A stretch of 64,000 nt of DNA from Candidatus Multivoradales bacterium (GTDB lineage Bacteria; Acidobacteriota; Thermoanaerobaculia; Multivoradales; Multivoraceae). Below the pieces are notes generated by a model. It was not told the DNA's origin. It ran no database searches and saw only the letters and a list, made by a program, of their open reading frames with translations. Position 1 is the first letter of the stretch; every line of letters starts with the position of its first letter. Below, one piece after another: positions 18,047 to 28,806 of the stretch. The translations under genes and the position numbers were made by a program. The stretch spans positions 3,328,001 through 3,392,000 of the forward strand of contig CBDCWI010000002.1 in the NCBI GenBank assembly GCA_965223325.1, in the 5' to 3' direction.

Positions 18047-21000
18047 TCACCGGCCATACCACTGCTTCCAGTCGCGCTGCTCGACACACACCGGCACACG
18101 TGCCAGGTACTCCATGCCGGTATCTGAGCGCTGGGCCTTGAGGTTGATCGAGACGTTCGGGAAACGGCAGTTCCTGGGCATCAGGTCCTTGAGCTTCTGC
18201 TCGATCTCCTGAAGGCTGACTTCGGTGTCCGGATCGGGTGCAACGTCGACTCCGGTCGTCGAGGTGTACTCAGCGAACGGATCCGAAACGAAGCCCTCGA
18301 CTGCACGGTAGCGGTCATGGTCACCGTCTCGATCGGTCAACGCGTTGCCGCTGCCAGTGAAGAAGGTGTAGAGGTGGCTGACCCCGGCGTTCTTGCACTC
18401 GCCGTCTTCGACGACCTGGTTGGGAACGAAGGTGGTAAAGACCGTAAGCCCCGTGAGCGTGAACGGCTTCGAAATCAAGCGCTCGTTCTCCTGCATGACG
18501 ATGTAGTACCCAGGCAAGTCGGTGTTGGGCATGGACTGTTGCAGCAGATCGTCGCCATCACCGTCGTCTGGAGCAATGGGGTGGAGAGCCACCTCGGTCC
18601 ACGGTGACGTCATTGTGTCGGCCGTGAAGCCAGTGTCGGTGAAGACATAGAAGCGCCCTTCCGGTTGCTCTGACCAGAGGTCGGCCCGGTCACCTGTCCC
18701 GAACGCCACGGCGTACTTCTGGCGATTCGCCATCCACACGGCGTTGGGCGAGTAGAAGATCGGCCGGCCGTCGGTGTCGAAGATCTCGAAAGCCCGCCAT
18801 TCATCGGTCGGCACACGTTCGTCGCCGGTGTTCGCGTCGACGACCAGGTCGACGGTCTCACGCAGATCGATCTTGTAGAGGAAACCGTTTCTCGTGCCAA
18901 AGTAGACGGTGTCGATGTACCCGTCGCCATTGGCGTCGAGAGCCGACGGCGTTCCGGGGACCTGGCCCCTCAAGTGGCGTTTGTAGACGGCTTTGCCGGT
19001 TTCGATGTCGACCATATAAAAGGTACGGCCGGCGTCCTGGTTGTCAGGATCGTCATCCAGTCCGCCTCCGAACATCGCGACGAAGCGCCCATCACCGATT
19101 CGAACGCGACCGAATGCCGGCTTCGACCAGGTGAAGGCGAGGTCTGGTGCCTCGTCCTCGAGCGACGGGTCGTCGGTCAGGCCGGGGGCGTTCTCGTTGC
19201 GCGGTAGCCCATCCGGGCCGAGGTCCGAGAACTCCCACCGGACCGCCGGGTAGGGAAGCGGCCCACACCCGGTGAGTCCAGGTACGGCACAAGCCGGAAC
19301 ATAGTCGGTTGCCGTCTGGTCCGGCGGCACCATGGCGTCGAGGTTCGAGTGCTGACTCGTTGGATCGGGGTTGGTGATGTCCAGCGCCCAGTAGCCCTTG
19401 CCACCGCGCCGCATGCCGCCAATCGCAAACGAGCGCCACTCGCGTTCGTCGGGATCTGGCGCAACGCCGAAAGCGGGGTCTACGAAAGCGTCGATGTTGG
19501 CTGCGATCTGGCCGTCAACCCCCCAGTCGTGCTTCGACGAGCGCTCGACCAGCCGCTCCTCGGCGGTCTGCAACATCGCATTTGGCATGTAGGCAAAGAG
19601 CTCTTTGCCAGTACCGTAGGTGAACTCGAGCTCACCGAGCGACTGAACTCCAGTGCTCTTGAGGCGACCCGCATCGAAGGCGTGCACCATGCCGTCGTTC
19701 GACCCAGCAAGGACGATATGGCGACGGTAGCGCTGCCGCTGCCAGTAGCAGCGGTAGCCTCGAGCGTCGTTGTTGAAATCACCGTCGATCCAACAGGCTT
19801 CACCGGGAGTTCCGAAGAGATTGGCCGCGATGTACTCGAGCTGGCTCGGAGAACCAACAAACGTCGGGCTGGAGTGGAAGATGTCTCCGAGACCAAAGGT
19901 CTCATCGATGCCATCGCGGTTTTCTCCGCTGCGCTGCCTGAGGATGTCGCCGACCAGAGCGCTCGCCAGGTTGAGGGGCACCGGATCGGTCATCACGGTC
20001 GCCGGATCATGTGGAATGCCGAGCTGGCCCCACAGTTCCTGGCGCACGGCCTCGTCTGCGGGATCGGGCAGCAGGAGCTCCTGCTGCCAGGGAATACCAC
20101 CGGCTAGCGGCTCAAAGCCCCAGACGACGCGACGCTGGTTGGCCTCGTAACCGATCTTGTAGTCGCCAGCGGCTGCCTCGAGCCCCGTCGGCATGATCTC
20201 GAGCAGTTCGCCGCCCGCCTCCCAGGCGAAGCAACCTGAGTCGCCCGTGCTGCACACGTTTCCCTCGTAGGGAATCATGTTTCCGTCGTCGTCCTCGACG
20301 AACTCCAGTGGCCGTCGGAAGGCCGCCAGGCGCCCCTTCCAGTACGGAGCTTTGGCAAGAGGGATGAAACTCGGTACGAAAATGAAGTCGCGTGAATCGA
20401 CCTGCTCAAGGGGTACCGAGGGCGAAGAGAACGCTCCGCGCCCAGTGCCGATGCTTTCGAGAATGCCTAGCAAGGCATTGCGGAGCCGTTCTTCGTCGTC
20501 GGCAATGACCGGTCCAGGGCAGAGGTTCTTCTCGACTTCGACCCCCGGCGCCGTTTCTTCCTTGTAGTTGAACGACTGGCAGTCCATGCCGTAGGCATCG
20601 TCGGTGATGGTGTCGAGCTGGCCAGTACCACCGCTATCGGCAATTCCTTGCAGGGCACTTGCGCCAACGTTGCCAAACCCGATGACAAAAGTGCGAACGC
20701 CTTCGGCGAGCAGCCCGGCCGCTGCCAATGGAGCGCCGCCGTCACAGGTGTCGGCACCGTCAGTTACCAGGATCACGTACTTCTTGCGGCAGTCGAATGC
20801 CGGGTCACCGTCTTCTGGATCCTGGGCAAGCGGCTTCCACGTCTGGTACCAGGCCAGCAGATCGCGCAACGAGGCACCGAGGGGTGTCAGATTGGCAAAG
20901 CCGAAGGGCGGCGTATCTTCGTACTGGGGCCGTAGCTTGAGGTGGCCTCCGTTTGGCTGGTTCTCGAAGTACGGCCCCATTCGCAGTAGCGGATCGACGC

Positions 21001-22021
21001 CGAGGTCGAGTTGGCCGTTCTCGAAGATGTTGGGTGCCAGGCGACGCAGAAACTCATCGCGGTTCGACAACTCGAACCCGGCGGGTGGCGTGTCGGGGTC
21101 ATCGCCCCAGCTCTTCCAGTCCCATGGCAGCATGTCGCCGCGGTCGAGAGGCGAAACACCGCTGAACGTGCCGCGACCAAGAGGGTCGGGAAACGTCGTA
21201 TAGGAAGTCGGGCCGTCACCGTCGCCAGAGTTGTCCTCCCAACCGTCACAGGGCTTACCATGGCCGTACGACGAGACGTAGTCGGCGCGGGTCACTGTGC
21301 GGCCTGAGCTGTCCACGTCCTGGAAGGGAACGAAGCGTAGGGTCTCAGTGCCGAAGGCATTCCCGCCACAGGTCTTGACCTTGACCTTGACTTCGATCGC
21401 AGGGCCGAGCTCTTCGCTGTTGTCGAGCCCCTTCAGCTCGAAGTCGTAGGTGTTGCTACCCGAGGCAATGAAGAGATGGGTGGTGTCGTTGCCGTTCCAC
21501 CCCATCTTGCCCAAACGGTCATCGGCGTTCTGGCGGGTGTGTCCGTTGCTACACGACCCCATGTCCGCACCACTCGAGCCACCGAACTGAATCGGGGTTC
21601 CGTGGCGCGGCCACTCCACCTGGTCGTACCAGGGGAGGTCGTCGGTATCTTGTGCTGGGTCGAGCTTGTAGACGAAGCGCTTCTGGTACGCCTTGGGGTT
21701 GGGGGTGGCGAAATGCGCAAAGCCGACGCGCGCCCGCTCGTCGAGCGAGCTGACCACGTCGTAGACCGCCGACTTGGCAATGTAGGCCTTCGAGTTGGTG
21801 TCTTCGAACCTGTAGGGCAGGGCAAGATCATCGACGTCCCAGTTCATCGAGCCCGAGGTGTCGAGAATGATGAACAGGTTGGGACTCTCGCCACTCGAGA
21901 GGACGAGGTCTCGGTCGTCCGCCGCCTGAAGGCCGGACGCCGCAATCGCAAGCAGTACAAGAACGGGAGCCGACAGCCGGTTTCTGCGGCGGTGGCTCCT
22001 CTTTGGGGAGATGGATTGCAT
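18047..22021 (-). CDS. pilY1: PilY1/PilC-like type IV pilus tip adhesin (vWA + beta-propeller)
   Basis: Signal peptide; MIDAS motif ILDTSGSM and ILVTDG; LGDIFHSSP; GSNDGMVHAFD; ELFAYMP; WSKP; Ca-binding loop DANGDGYID; FGTGD. Confidence 0.88.
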   Translation of the reverse strand: MQSISPKRSHRRRNRLSAPVLVLLAIAASGLQAADDRDLVLSSGESPNLFIILDTSGSMNWDVDDLALPYRFEDTNSKAYIAKSAVYDVVSSLDERARVGFAHFATPNPKAYQKRFVYKLDPAQDTDDLPWYDQVEWPRHGTPIQFGGSSGADMGSCSNGHTRQNADDRLGKMGWNGNDTTHLFIASGSNTYDFELKGLDNSEELGPAIEVKVKVKTCGGNAFGTETLRFVPFQDVDSSGRTVTRADYVSSYGHGKPCDGWEDNSGDGDGPTSYTTFPDPLGRGTFSGVSPLDRGDMLPWDWKSWGDDPDTPPAGFELSNRDEFLRRLAPNIFENGQLDLGVDPLLRMGPYFENQPNGGHLKLRPQYEDTPPFGFANLTPLGASLRDLLAWYQTWKPLAQDPEDGDPAFDCRKKYVILVTDGADTCDGGAPLAAAGLLAEGVRTFVIGFGNVGASALQGIADSGGTGQLDTITDDAYGMDCQSFNYKEETAPGVEVEKNLCPGPVIADDEERLRNALLGILESIGTGRGAFSSPSVPLEQVDSRDFIFVPSFIPLAKAPYWKGRLAAFRRPLEFVEDDDGNMIPYEGNVCSTGDSGCFAWEAGGELLEIMPTGLEAAAGDYKIGYEANQRRVVWGFEPLAGGIPWQQELLLPDPADEAVRQELWGQLGIPHDPATVMTDPVPLNLASALVGDILRQRSGENRDGIDETFGLGDIFHSSPTFVGSPSQLEYIAANLFGTPGEACWIDGDFNNDARGYRCYWQRQRYRRHIVLAGSNDGMVHAFDAGRLKSTGVQSLGELEFTYGTGKELFAYMPNAMLQTAEERLVERSSKHDWGVDGQIAANIDAFVDPAFGVAPDPDEREWRSFAIGGMRRGGKGYWALDITNPDPTSQHSNLDAMVPPDQTATDYVPACAVPGLTGCGPLPYPAVRWEFSDLGPDGLPRNENAPGLTDDPSLEDEAPDLAFTWSKPAFGRVRIGDGRFVAMFGGGLDDDPDNQDAGRTFYMVDIETGKAVYKRHLRGQVPGTPSALDANGDGYIDTVYFGTRNGFLYKIDLRETVDLVVDANTGDERVPTDEWRAFEIFDTDGRPIFYSPNAVWMANRQKYAVAFGTGDRADLWSEQPEGRFYVFTDTGFTADTMTSPWTEVALHPIAPDDGDGDDLLQQSMPNTDLPGYYIVMQENERLISKPFTLTGLTVFTTFVPNQVVEDGECKNAGVSHLYTFFTGSGNALTDRDGDHDRYRAVEGFVSDPFAEYTSTTGVDVAPDPDTEVSLQEIEQKLKDLMPRNCRFPNVSINLKAQRSDTGMEYLARVPVCVEQRDWKQWYGR

Positions 22022-22114
22022 GGAGTACCTTGGATGAGAATGTAGAAAAGTGAGACGGGCTGGTTCTTGGTACTTGTCGCCCTCGGCCTCTGCGGCACCG
22101 GGCGGCGAAGAGAG

Positions 22115-22675
22115 CTACTGGAGGATCTCGGCGGCCTCGGACGGGGTCGCGAAAGCCTCGCCCGAGCCCGGCCACGGTTGCAGCTCGATCATCGAGCTGA
22201 CGGTGCTCCGAGCTGTCGGCATTCTGGTGTCTGTCGCGTCGAAGGAGAAGCGCGTCGCGCGCGACGCGAGTGCATGGGTGATCACTCGAAACTTCGGGCC
22301 ACCGTTCTCGGACATGCAGTAGTCACAAGGCGCGCTGTTGGTGACCGCGACCCGGGTCACCCGAACCTCATCGTCATAGCGACCGCGATTGCCGGTCGCT
22401 TCGGGACGCTCGGGAATCGTGATGGCAATCGGATCGTGGCGTCCCTGGTAGAGCAGTCGGGCTGTGCCGATCGCCAGGCCGGATTCGGCGGCATAGAAGA
22501 TGCGCTCTTGAGTACGCTCGTTGCTGCTGAGGATGAGCTCGGTCTGGCTGAAGAGAACCAGGGAGAGTCCCAGGGTGGTCATCACGAAGAGCACCATCAA
22601 GGTGACGACGAAGGCGCTGCCCGCTTCGCTGTGGCGATCTGCAGGGGTGACTTGCGGGCGAGAGAATTGGGGCAT
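22115..22675 (-). CDS. PilX-like minor pilin
   Basis: Prepilin-type G|SAFVVTLMVL without Glu5; N...FYAAESGL motif; directly upstream of pilY1. Confidence 0.82.
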   Translation of the reverse strand: MPQFSRPQVTPADRHSEAGSAFVVTLMVLFVMTTLGLSLVLFSQTELILSSNERTQERIFYAAESGLAIGTARLLYQGRHDPIAITIPERPEATGNRGRYDDEVRVTRVAVTNSAPCDYCMSENGGPKFRVITHALASRATRFSFDATDTRMPTARSTVSSMIELQPWPGSGEAFATPSEAAEILQ

Positions 22676-22761
22676 GGAAGAAGGCTCCAGATAGGCTGTG
22701 GAGTTCAAGCGGTCGTGATACGCACGTCCAGTTGTTCTCACAGGAGTCACAGCACACGAGA

Positions 22762-22821
22762 ATTGTTCCCCGTGCAGGCACATTTGTCAAAATCTCTATG
22801 TAGAATTCGCGCCATTCTACA
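22762..22821 (-). promoter_or_regulatory. Sigma70 promoter for pilX-pilY1 plus upstream palindrome
   Basis: TTGACA (22790-22785) - 17 nt - AACAAT; TGTAGAAT-N7-ATTCTACA at 22799-22821. Confidence 0.6.
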
Positions 22822-22841
22822 GATTCTTGATCTCCCGGCGC

Positions 22842-23456
22842 TCAGCTGGCCAGGTAGCGCGTCATGCCGAGCTTGCCGGCACACTCGGCAAGGGCATCGT
22901 TGAGCTTCTGCCGCTGTCGATAGGTGCTCTTCATCGACCAGCCGGTGATCTTCGCGATCTCAGCCGGTGCATGGCCGTCCCAGTAGCGCAGCTTGTAGTA
23001 GAGGTAGACCTTCGAGCCCGCGCCTTCCAGGCACTCGTCGAGCAATTGCATCTCCTGGCGACTCATCACCTCTTCGGCTGGACCCGCTTTCGTTTCCTCC
23101 AGCCACTGGTCGTCGGGAAGCGGTTCGTCTTTCTTGCGCTTGAGTGATCGGCGCCGGTTGGCCGCCAACCCGCAGGCGAGGTCCCAGAGATGACGCTCGA
23201 GGCGCTCGGGAGTCTGGGCGTGCTCGGGAACCCGCTCGATGAAGTCTCGCAGCACCTTGGCGCCCTTCTGCAGGTAGAAGACGAACGAGTCCTGGAGAAG
23301 GTCCTCAGCGTCGATGCCACCCGGATATTGATAGCGGCTGCGCAGGCGACGATAGAGGCGGTCGCCGAAAGTATCGAACAGCCAGGCCGTTGCCGCACCG
23401 TCTCCCTTGACGATCCGGCGAAGGTTCCAGGGCACCTGATTGGCTTTCGAATTCAT
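22842..23456 (-). CDS. ECF-type RNA polymerase sigma factor
   Basis: 204 aa; region 2 DAEDLLQDSF; region 4 LRYWDG...EIAKITGWS..ST. Confidence 0.8.
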   Translation of the reverse strand: MNSKANQVPWNLRRIVKGDGAATAWLFDTFGDRLYRRLRSRYQYPGGIDAEDLLQDSFVFYLQKGAKVLRDFIERVPEHAQTPERLERHLWDLACGLAANRRRSLKRKKDEPLPDDQWLEETKAGPAEEVMSRQEMQLLDECLEGAGSKVYLYYKLRYWDGHAPAEIAKITGWSMKSTYRQRQKLNDALAECAGKLGMTRYLAS

Positions 23457-23742
23457 GGCTGCTCGGTTTGGGGGTTGGGGCTCGGCACGGGCTGAGGGGT
23501 CTGGAGAGCAGATGGTCTGAAGAGACCGCTCCAGGAGAGGAGCTCGACCTTCTACCCCAACGGCCTGTCATGGCCATCGACGGCGGCGCTACGATACGCG
23601 CGCAGTCCAGAGGGGCGCAAGCGGGGGCGGCTCGATGAAACTGTGATACCCTGTATAGCTGGTTGCACGACTCGCCGTCGAGGTCCTGCTACCGCTTCTA
23701 CTCCCTTCGCAATATGCTTTGGATGAACTCCCGAGGGCCGAA

Positions 23743-24303
23743 ATGATGAAAACGCGCTCCCAACCCGCCGCAACTGACCTGTCGCTGCGCTCTCGCGCCA
23801 GTGTCTCCACCGTGCTCCTGCTTCTTGCAGCTGGGTTCGTACTCGCCATCATGGCCACCCCCGCAACGGCCGCCGGCTATCGCATCCTGCTTCACAACGG
23901 CAACGAGTTCGTCTCGAAGTACCAGCCGGTCGAGGCTCACTTCGACCCCAACATCGTTCTCATCATGACCGATGTCGGCAACATCATTTCGCTTTCGCGT
24001 GACGATGTCTCGGAGATCACCCACGACCTCGAAGTGCGTGGGTTTGGCCGCGTGATCGACACCACGACGATCGAGGTCGGTTGGTCACCCAACGACGCTC
24101 CGGTAGAAGGTGCCGAGGGCGCTGAAGGTGAACTTCAGCCCGGTCAGATGATGGGCGGCGCCGCGATGCAGCAGATGATGCTGGAACAGCTCAACGCGCC
24201 TCCTCCGGTCTTCAACAATCCGCTGGTCGGCGAGCCCAACAGTGGCGGCGGAATTCCGGTTGGGATGGCAACCTCGGGCTACGTACCGATCTCGAACAAC
24301 TAG
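23743..24303 (+). CDS. Hypothetical secreted protein
   Basis: Signal peptide (..PATAA); typical high-GC codon usage. Confidence 0.7.
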   Translation: MMKTRSQPAATDLSLRSRASVSTVLLLLAAGFVLAIMATPATAAGYRILLHNGNEFVSKYQPVEAHFDPNIVLIMTDVGNIISLSRDDVSEITHDLEVRGFGRVIDTTTIEVGWSPNDAPVEGAEGAEGELQPGQMMGGAAMQQMMLEQLNAPPPVFNNPLVGEPNSGGGIPVGMATSGYVPISNN

Positions 24304-24354
24304 CGATCTGAGCCGAAACCGGCCAGAGAGAGGTAGGCGGCCGGCGCTCTTCGA

Positions 24355-24591
24355 ATGCCCTTTTCCCTCGCGCTTCACTTTGTCGTCGTCGCCGCTGTTG
24401 CTGGCCTGTCGACGGCGGGATTCTACTTCCTCCGAGGCTACCCCTTGCTTCTGGCAGTAGCATCGGGACTGGCGCTCGGTGCGTTCGCCTTTCTCGCCAT
24501 ACGCACCGCGGTTCGGCTCTACCGTGAGCTCACGACGCCGGTGATGGAGGTCGAGCGGTCACAAGACGGCGGGGACGAGGGGTCGCGCTGA
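24355..24591 (+). CDS. Small 2-TM membrane protein
   Basis: Two hydrophobic segments; stop overlaps the next start. Confidence 0.55.
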   Translation: MPFSLALHFVVVAAVAGLSTAGFYFLRGYPLLLAVASGLALGAFAFLAIRTAVRLYRELTTPVMEVERSQDGGDEGSR

Positions 24592-25163
24592 AGCCGCCAA
24601 GAAAATGGTCCATCGCCGGCACGCACAGAATCTATGACCACGCCGTGCTGGGTCTCGAGGAGCGCGACCTCGAGGCCGACAACGGCGACCGGCGACGCGC
24701 GGTGGTCATCGACTGCGCCGACTGGGTCAACATCGTCGCTTTGGTCGAAGGGGACCGGCCCGAACCGGCGATGGTCATGGTTCGGCAATGGCGATTCGGC
24801 ATCGGCGATTTCACTCTCGAGGTCCCGGGGGGCATGGTCGACCCCGGCGAAGAGGCGAGCCAGGCGGCCCTAAGAGAACTCGAGGAGGAAACCGGCTATC
24901 GCGCTCGAGAGGTCACATACCTGGGCGTCGTCGAGCCCAACCCTGCCCTGCAGTCGAACCGAACGACCAGCTGGCTTGCGACTGGCCTCGCGAAGACCGG
25001 CGGCCCACAAGGCGACGGCGACGAGGAGCTCGAGGTTCTCGAGGTCCCCCTCTCGGAGGTCGAAAAGCGGGTGGCAAGGGGAGAGATCCGCCACGCTCTC
25101 GTGCTTTCGGCCCTCTTCTGGTGGCAGCGACATCGGGACGGAGGCGAACTCGACCGACGCTAG
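24588..25163 (+). CDS. NUDIX hydrolase (ADP-ribose pyrophosphatase-like); probable CTG start
   Basis: Nudix box GGMVDPGEEASQAALRELEEETG; VRQWR; EPNPA; frame open back to CTG 24588, which has a GAGGGG RBS. Confidence 0.88.
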   Translation: MKPPRKWSIAGTHRIYDHAVLGLEERDLEADNGDRRRAVVIDCADWVNIVALVEGDRPEPAMVMVRQWRFGIGDFTLEVPGGMVDPGEEASQAALRELEEETGYRAREVTYLGVVEPNPALQSNRTTSWLATGLAKTGGPQGDGDEELEVLEVPLSEVEKRVARGEIRHALVLSALFWWQRHRDGGELDRR

Positions 25164-25200
25164 CAGCCCGCAGTGGAAGCGATTCCGGTAGCCTCACGCC

Positions 25201-25692
25201 ATGCTTCGAGAAACCCCGACGTCGGCGCGTGTAGCCCTCCGTCCCCTCGCCGTTCTGCTGGTCCTCGGATGCGCCGCTGGCGGCTGCGCGACCGACCCTC
25301 TGCAAGAACCCGAGCAACTCGACGTCGAGGTGATCGATGCGGGGCCCACCGCCAACCTGGGGAGGTTCGCTGAAGGCGAAAGAGACGGCGCCGGGCCAAG
25401 CGGTAAGACACCGCCGGCTGCCCTGGTAGGGCTCCTGCCGGGAAGCTTCCCCAGCGACCTTCCGGTGTTCGAGGGCGCCAGCGTTCTCGACTATCAGCTG
25501 GGCAAGCCAGGCGAGCGAAGCGTGGTCCTCGGAACCCAGAGCCCGAAGGGCAACATCGAGAGCTGGATCAAGACGCGGCTGCCCGCCGCTGGATGGTCCA
25601 GCTCTCGCGGCAGCTGGCAGAAGGGCAACCAGGTCGTCGAGATCTCGGTGCATGAAACCGCCGGAGGTACCGAGGTTCACTACACCTATTAA
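25201..25692 (+). CDS. Hypothetical lipoprotein
   Basis: Hydrophobic leader with LVLGC / AGGC lipobox candidates; FPSDLP motif. Confidence 0.65.
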   Translation: MLRETPTSARVALRPLAVLLVLGCAAGGCATDPLQEPEQLDVEVIDAGPTANLGRFAEGERDGAGPSGKTPPAALVGLLPGSFPSDLPVFEGASVLDYQLGKPGERSVVLGTQSPKGNIESWIKTRLPAAGWSSSRGSWQKGNQVVEISVHETAGGTEVHYTY

Positions 25693-25717
25693 GCGCCCTC
25701 TAGAAGACGAACTCTCG

Positions 25718-25884
25718 CTAGTACCCCGTACCATTGAAACGGATAGTGGCTGAGCGGATGATCGTGCTCGAGATCAAGGCGTCACGACGCAGGCATATTG
25801 GTGATCTGTCGAGGAGTGACAACACAGAGATCGAGCGCGAGGACCGCGCAGACGCTGTGCGTTTCCAATGGTACGGGGTACTAG
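25718..25884. mobile_element. ERIC-like MITE with CTAG termini
   Basis: TIRs CTAGTACCCCGTACCATTG(-/G)AAACG at both ends (19 bp perfect); internal palindromic segments; no ORF. Confidence 0.8.
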
Positions 25885-26288
25885 TGCTTCTTGCCTTCGG
25901 CCGCAGCCAGTTGTGCTTCGGCGAGGCGAATCGCTCGCTGGGCGAGCGCGATCTCTTCACCGGCTTTTTCGTCGGCTGCGGCGCGTTGAGCTTCCGCGAG
26001 GGCCTCGCGCACTTTGGCGGCGTCGATCTGTTCAGGTGACCAGGCGTCATCTGCAAGCACCGTAACGACGTCGTTCGAGACCTCACAGAAGCCGGCGGCG
26101 ACGACGAAGTGACCGTCCGTGCCGCCTTCAGTGTAGGTAACCATGCCTGGATCGAGCGTCGAAATAAGCGGGGTATGCCCGGGCAGAATCCCCAGGTAAC
26201 CCTCGCTGCCCGGCAGCGTCACCTGATCACAGGTCACTTCGAGCACCTTCTCGGCGTGGGTGACCAGCACCAGCTTCAGTTTAGGCAT
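25881..26288 (-). CDS. atpC: ATP synthase F1 epsilon subunit
   Basis: LPGSEGYLGILPGHTPL; position in the operon. Confidence 0.95.
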   Translation of the reverse strand: MPKLKLVLVTHAEKVLEVTCDQVTLPGSEGYLGILPGHTPLISTLDPGMVTYTEGGTDGHFVVAAGFCEVSNDVVTVLADDAWSPEQIDAAKVREALAEAQRAAADEKAGEEIALAQRAIRLAEAQLAAAEGKKH

Positions 26289-26308
26289 TCGTTGTGGCCT
26301 CCGTTCTT

Positions 26309-27841
<1,533 letters not shown>

Positions 27842-27896
27842 CTAAGTGACCGCCAGGAACTCACGTCCTGAGGGATCTGTGGTGTTGATAGCGGAA

Positions 27897-28781
27897 TCAG
27901 TTTTCCAGGGCCGCAGCACCGGAGACGACCTCGATCAGCTCGGTCGTGATCGCCGCCTGGCGTTTGCGGTTCATGATCAGGGTCAGCTTCTCCATCAGCT
28001 CACCGGCGTTCTTCGTCGCTGCATCCATGGCCGTCATGCGAGCGGCGTGTTCGGCTGCCTGCGACTCGAGGAGCACGCGGTAGACCTGGAAGGTGACGAA
28101 GCGCGGCAGCAGTTCAGCCAGGAGAGCGGCCGAGGAGGGCTCATAGAGATAGTCGAGACCAACCGACTGCTCCTCGGCGTCGCTCTCGTCGTCCGCGGGA
28201 GGTTCGAGCGGCAGCAGCTGCTCGACCGTCGGTCGCTGCGTCATCACCGAAACGAACTGGTTGTAGACCACGTAGACGGCGTCGTATTCACCGGCTATGA
28301 AGGCTTCGGCTACATCGCTCGCGATGCCCTGCGCATCCTCGTAGGAGAGAGCCCGGAACAAGGAGCGGTACTCGGCTCGGATCGGTGCCTTACGGCGACT
28401 GTAGTGGTCTGAAGCACGCTTGCCGAGGCACAACACGTCGTAGCTCTTCTCGGCCCCATGCTCAGCGATCGCCCCATCGCTCAGGCGCAGAACGTTGGAA
28501 TTGAAGCCTCCGCACAATCCCTTGTCGCCCGACACCGAGACGATCAACACCCGTTCGACGGGACGACTCTCGAGTAGGGGATGTGCCGCTTCAGAACCGC
28601 TCGACTGCTGCGAAAGGTTGCGCGTCACCTTCTGCAGCTCGAGAGCGTACGGCCGCGCCTCTTCGATTCGCTCTTGCGCGCGACGCAAACGCGAGGCCGA
28701 AACCATCTTCATGGCGCGGGTGATCTGCTGCATGTTCTTGACCGATCGGATGCGGCGCCGAAGGTCGATAAGCGAAGGCAT
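27897..28781 (-). CDS. atpG: ATP synthase F1 gamma subunit
   Basis: ITRAMKMVS, DKGLCGGFN, RQAAITTEL. Confidence 0.97.
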   Translation of the reverse strand: MPSLIDLRRRIRSVKNMQQITRAMKMVSASRLRRAQERIEEARPYALELQKVTRNLSQQSSGSEAAHPLLESRPVERVLIVSVSGDKGLCGGFNSNVLRLSDGAIAEHGAEKSYDVLCLGKRASDHYSRRKAPIRAEYRSLFRALSYEDAQGIASDVAEAFIAGEYDAVYVVYNQFVSVMTQRPTVEQLLPLEPPADDESDAEEQSVGLDYLYEPSSAALLAELLPRFVTFQVYRVLLESQAAEHAARMTAMDAATKNAGELMEKLTLIMNRKRQAAITTELIEVVSGAAALEN

Positions 28782-28806
28782 TGCTCGAAACTCCTGTTAG
28801 CCGCAG

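Noticed and set aside
21134-21142. RGD tripeptide in PilY1 as an integrin-binding motif
   Set aside because: Expected by chance in 1324 aa; it lies in the vWA insertion and nothing indicates a host association.
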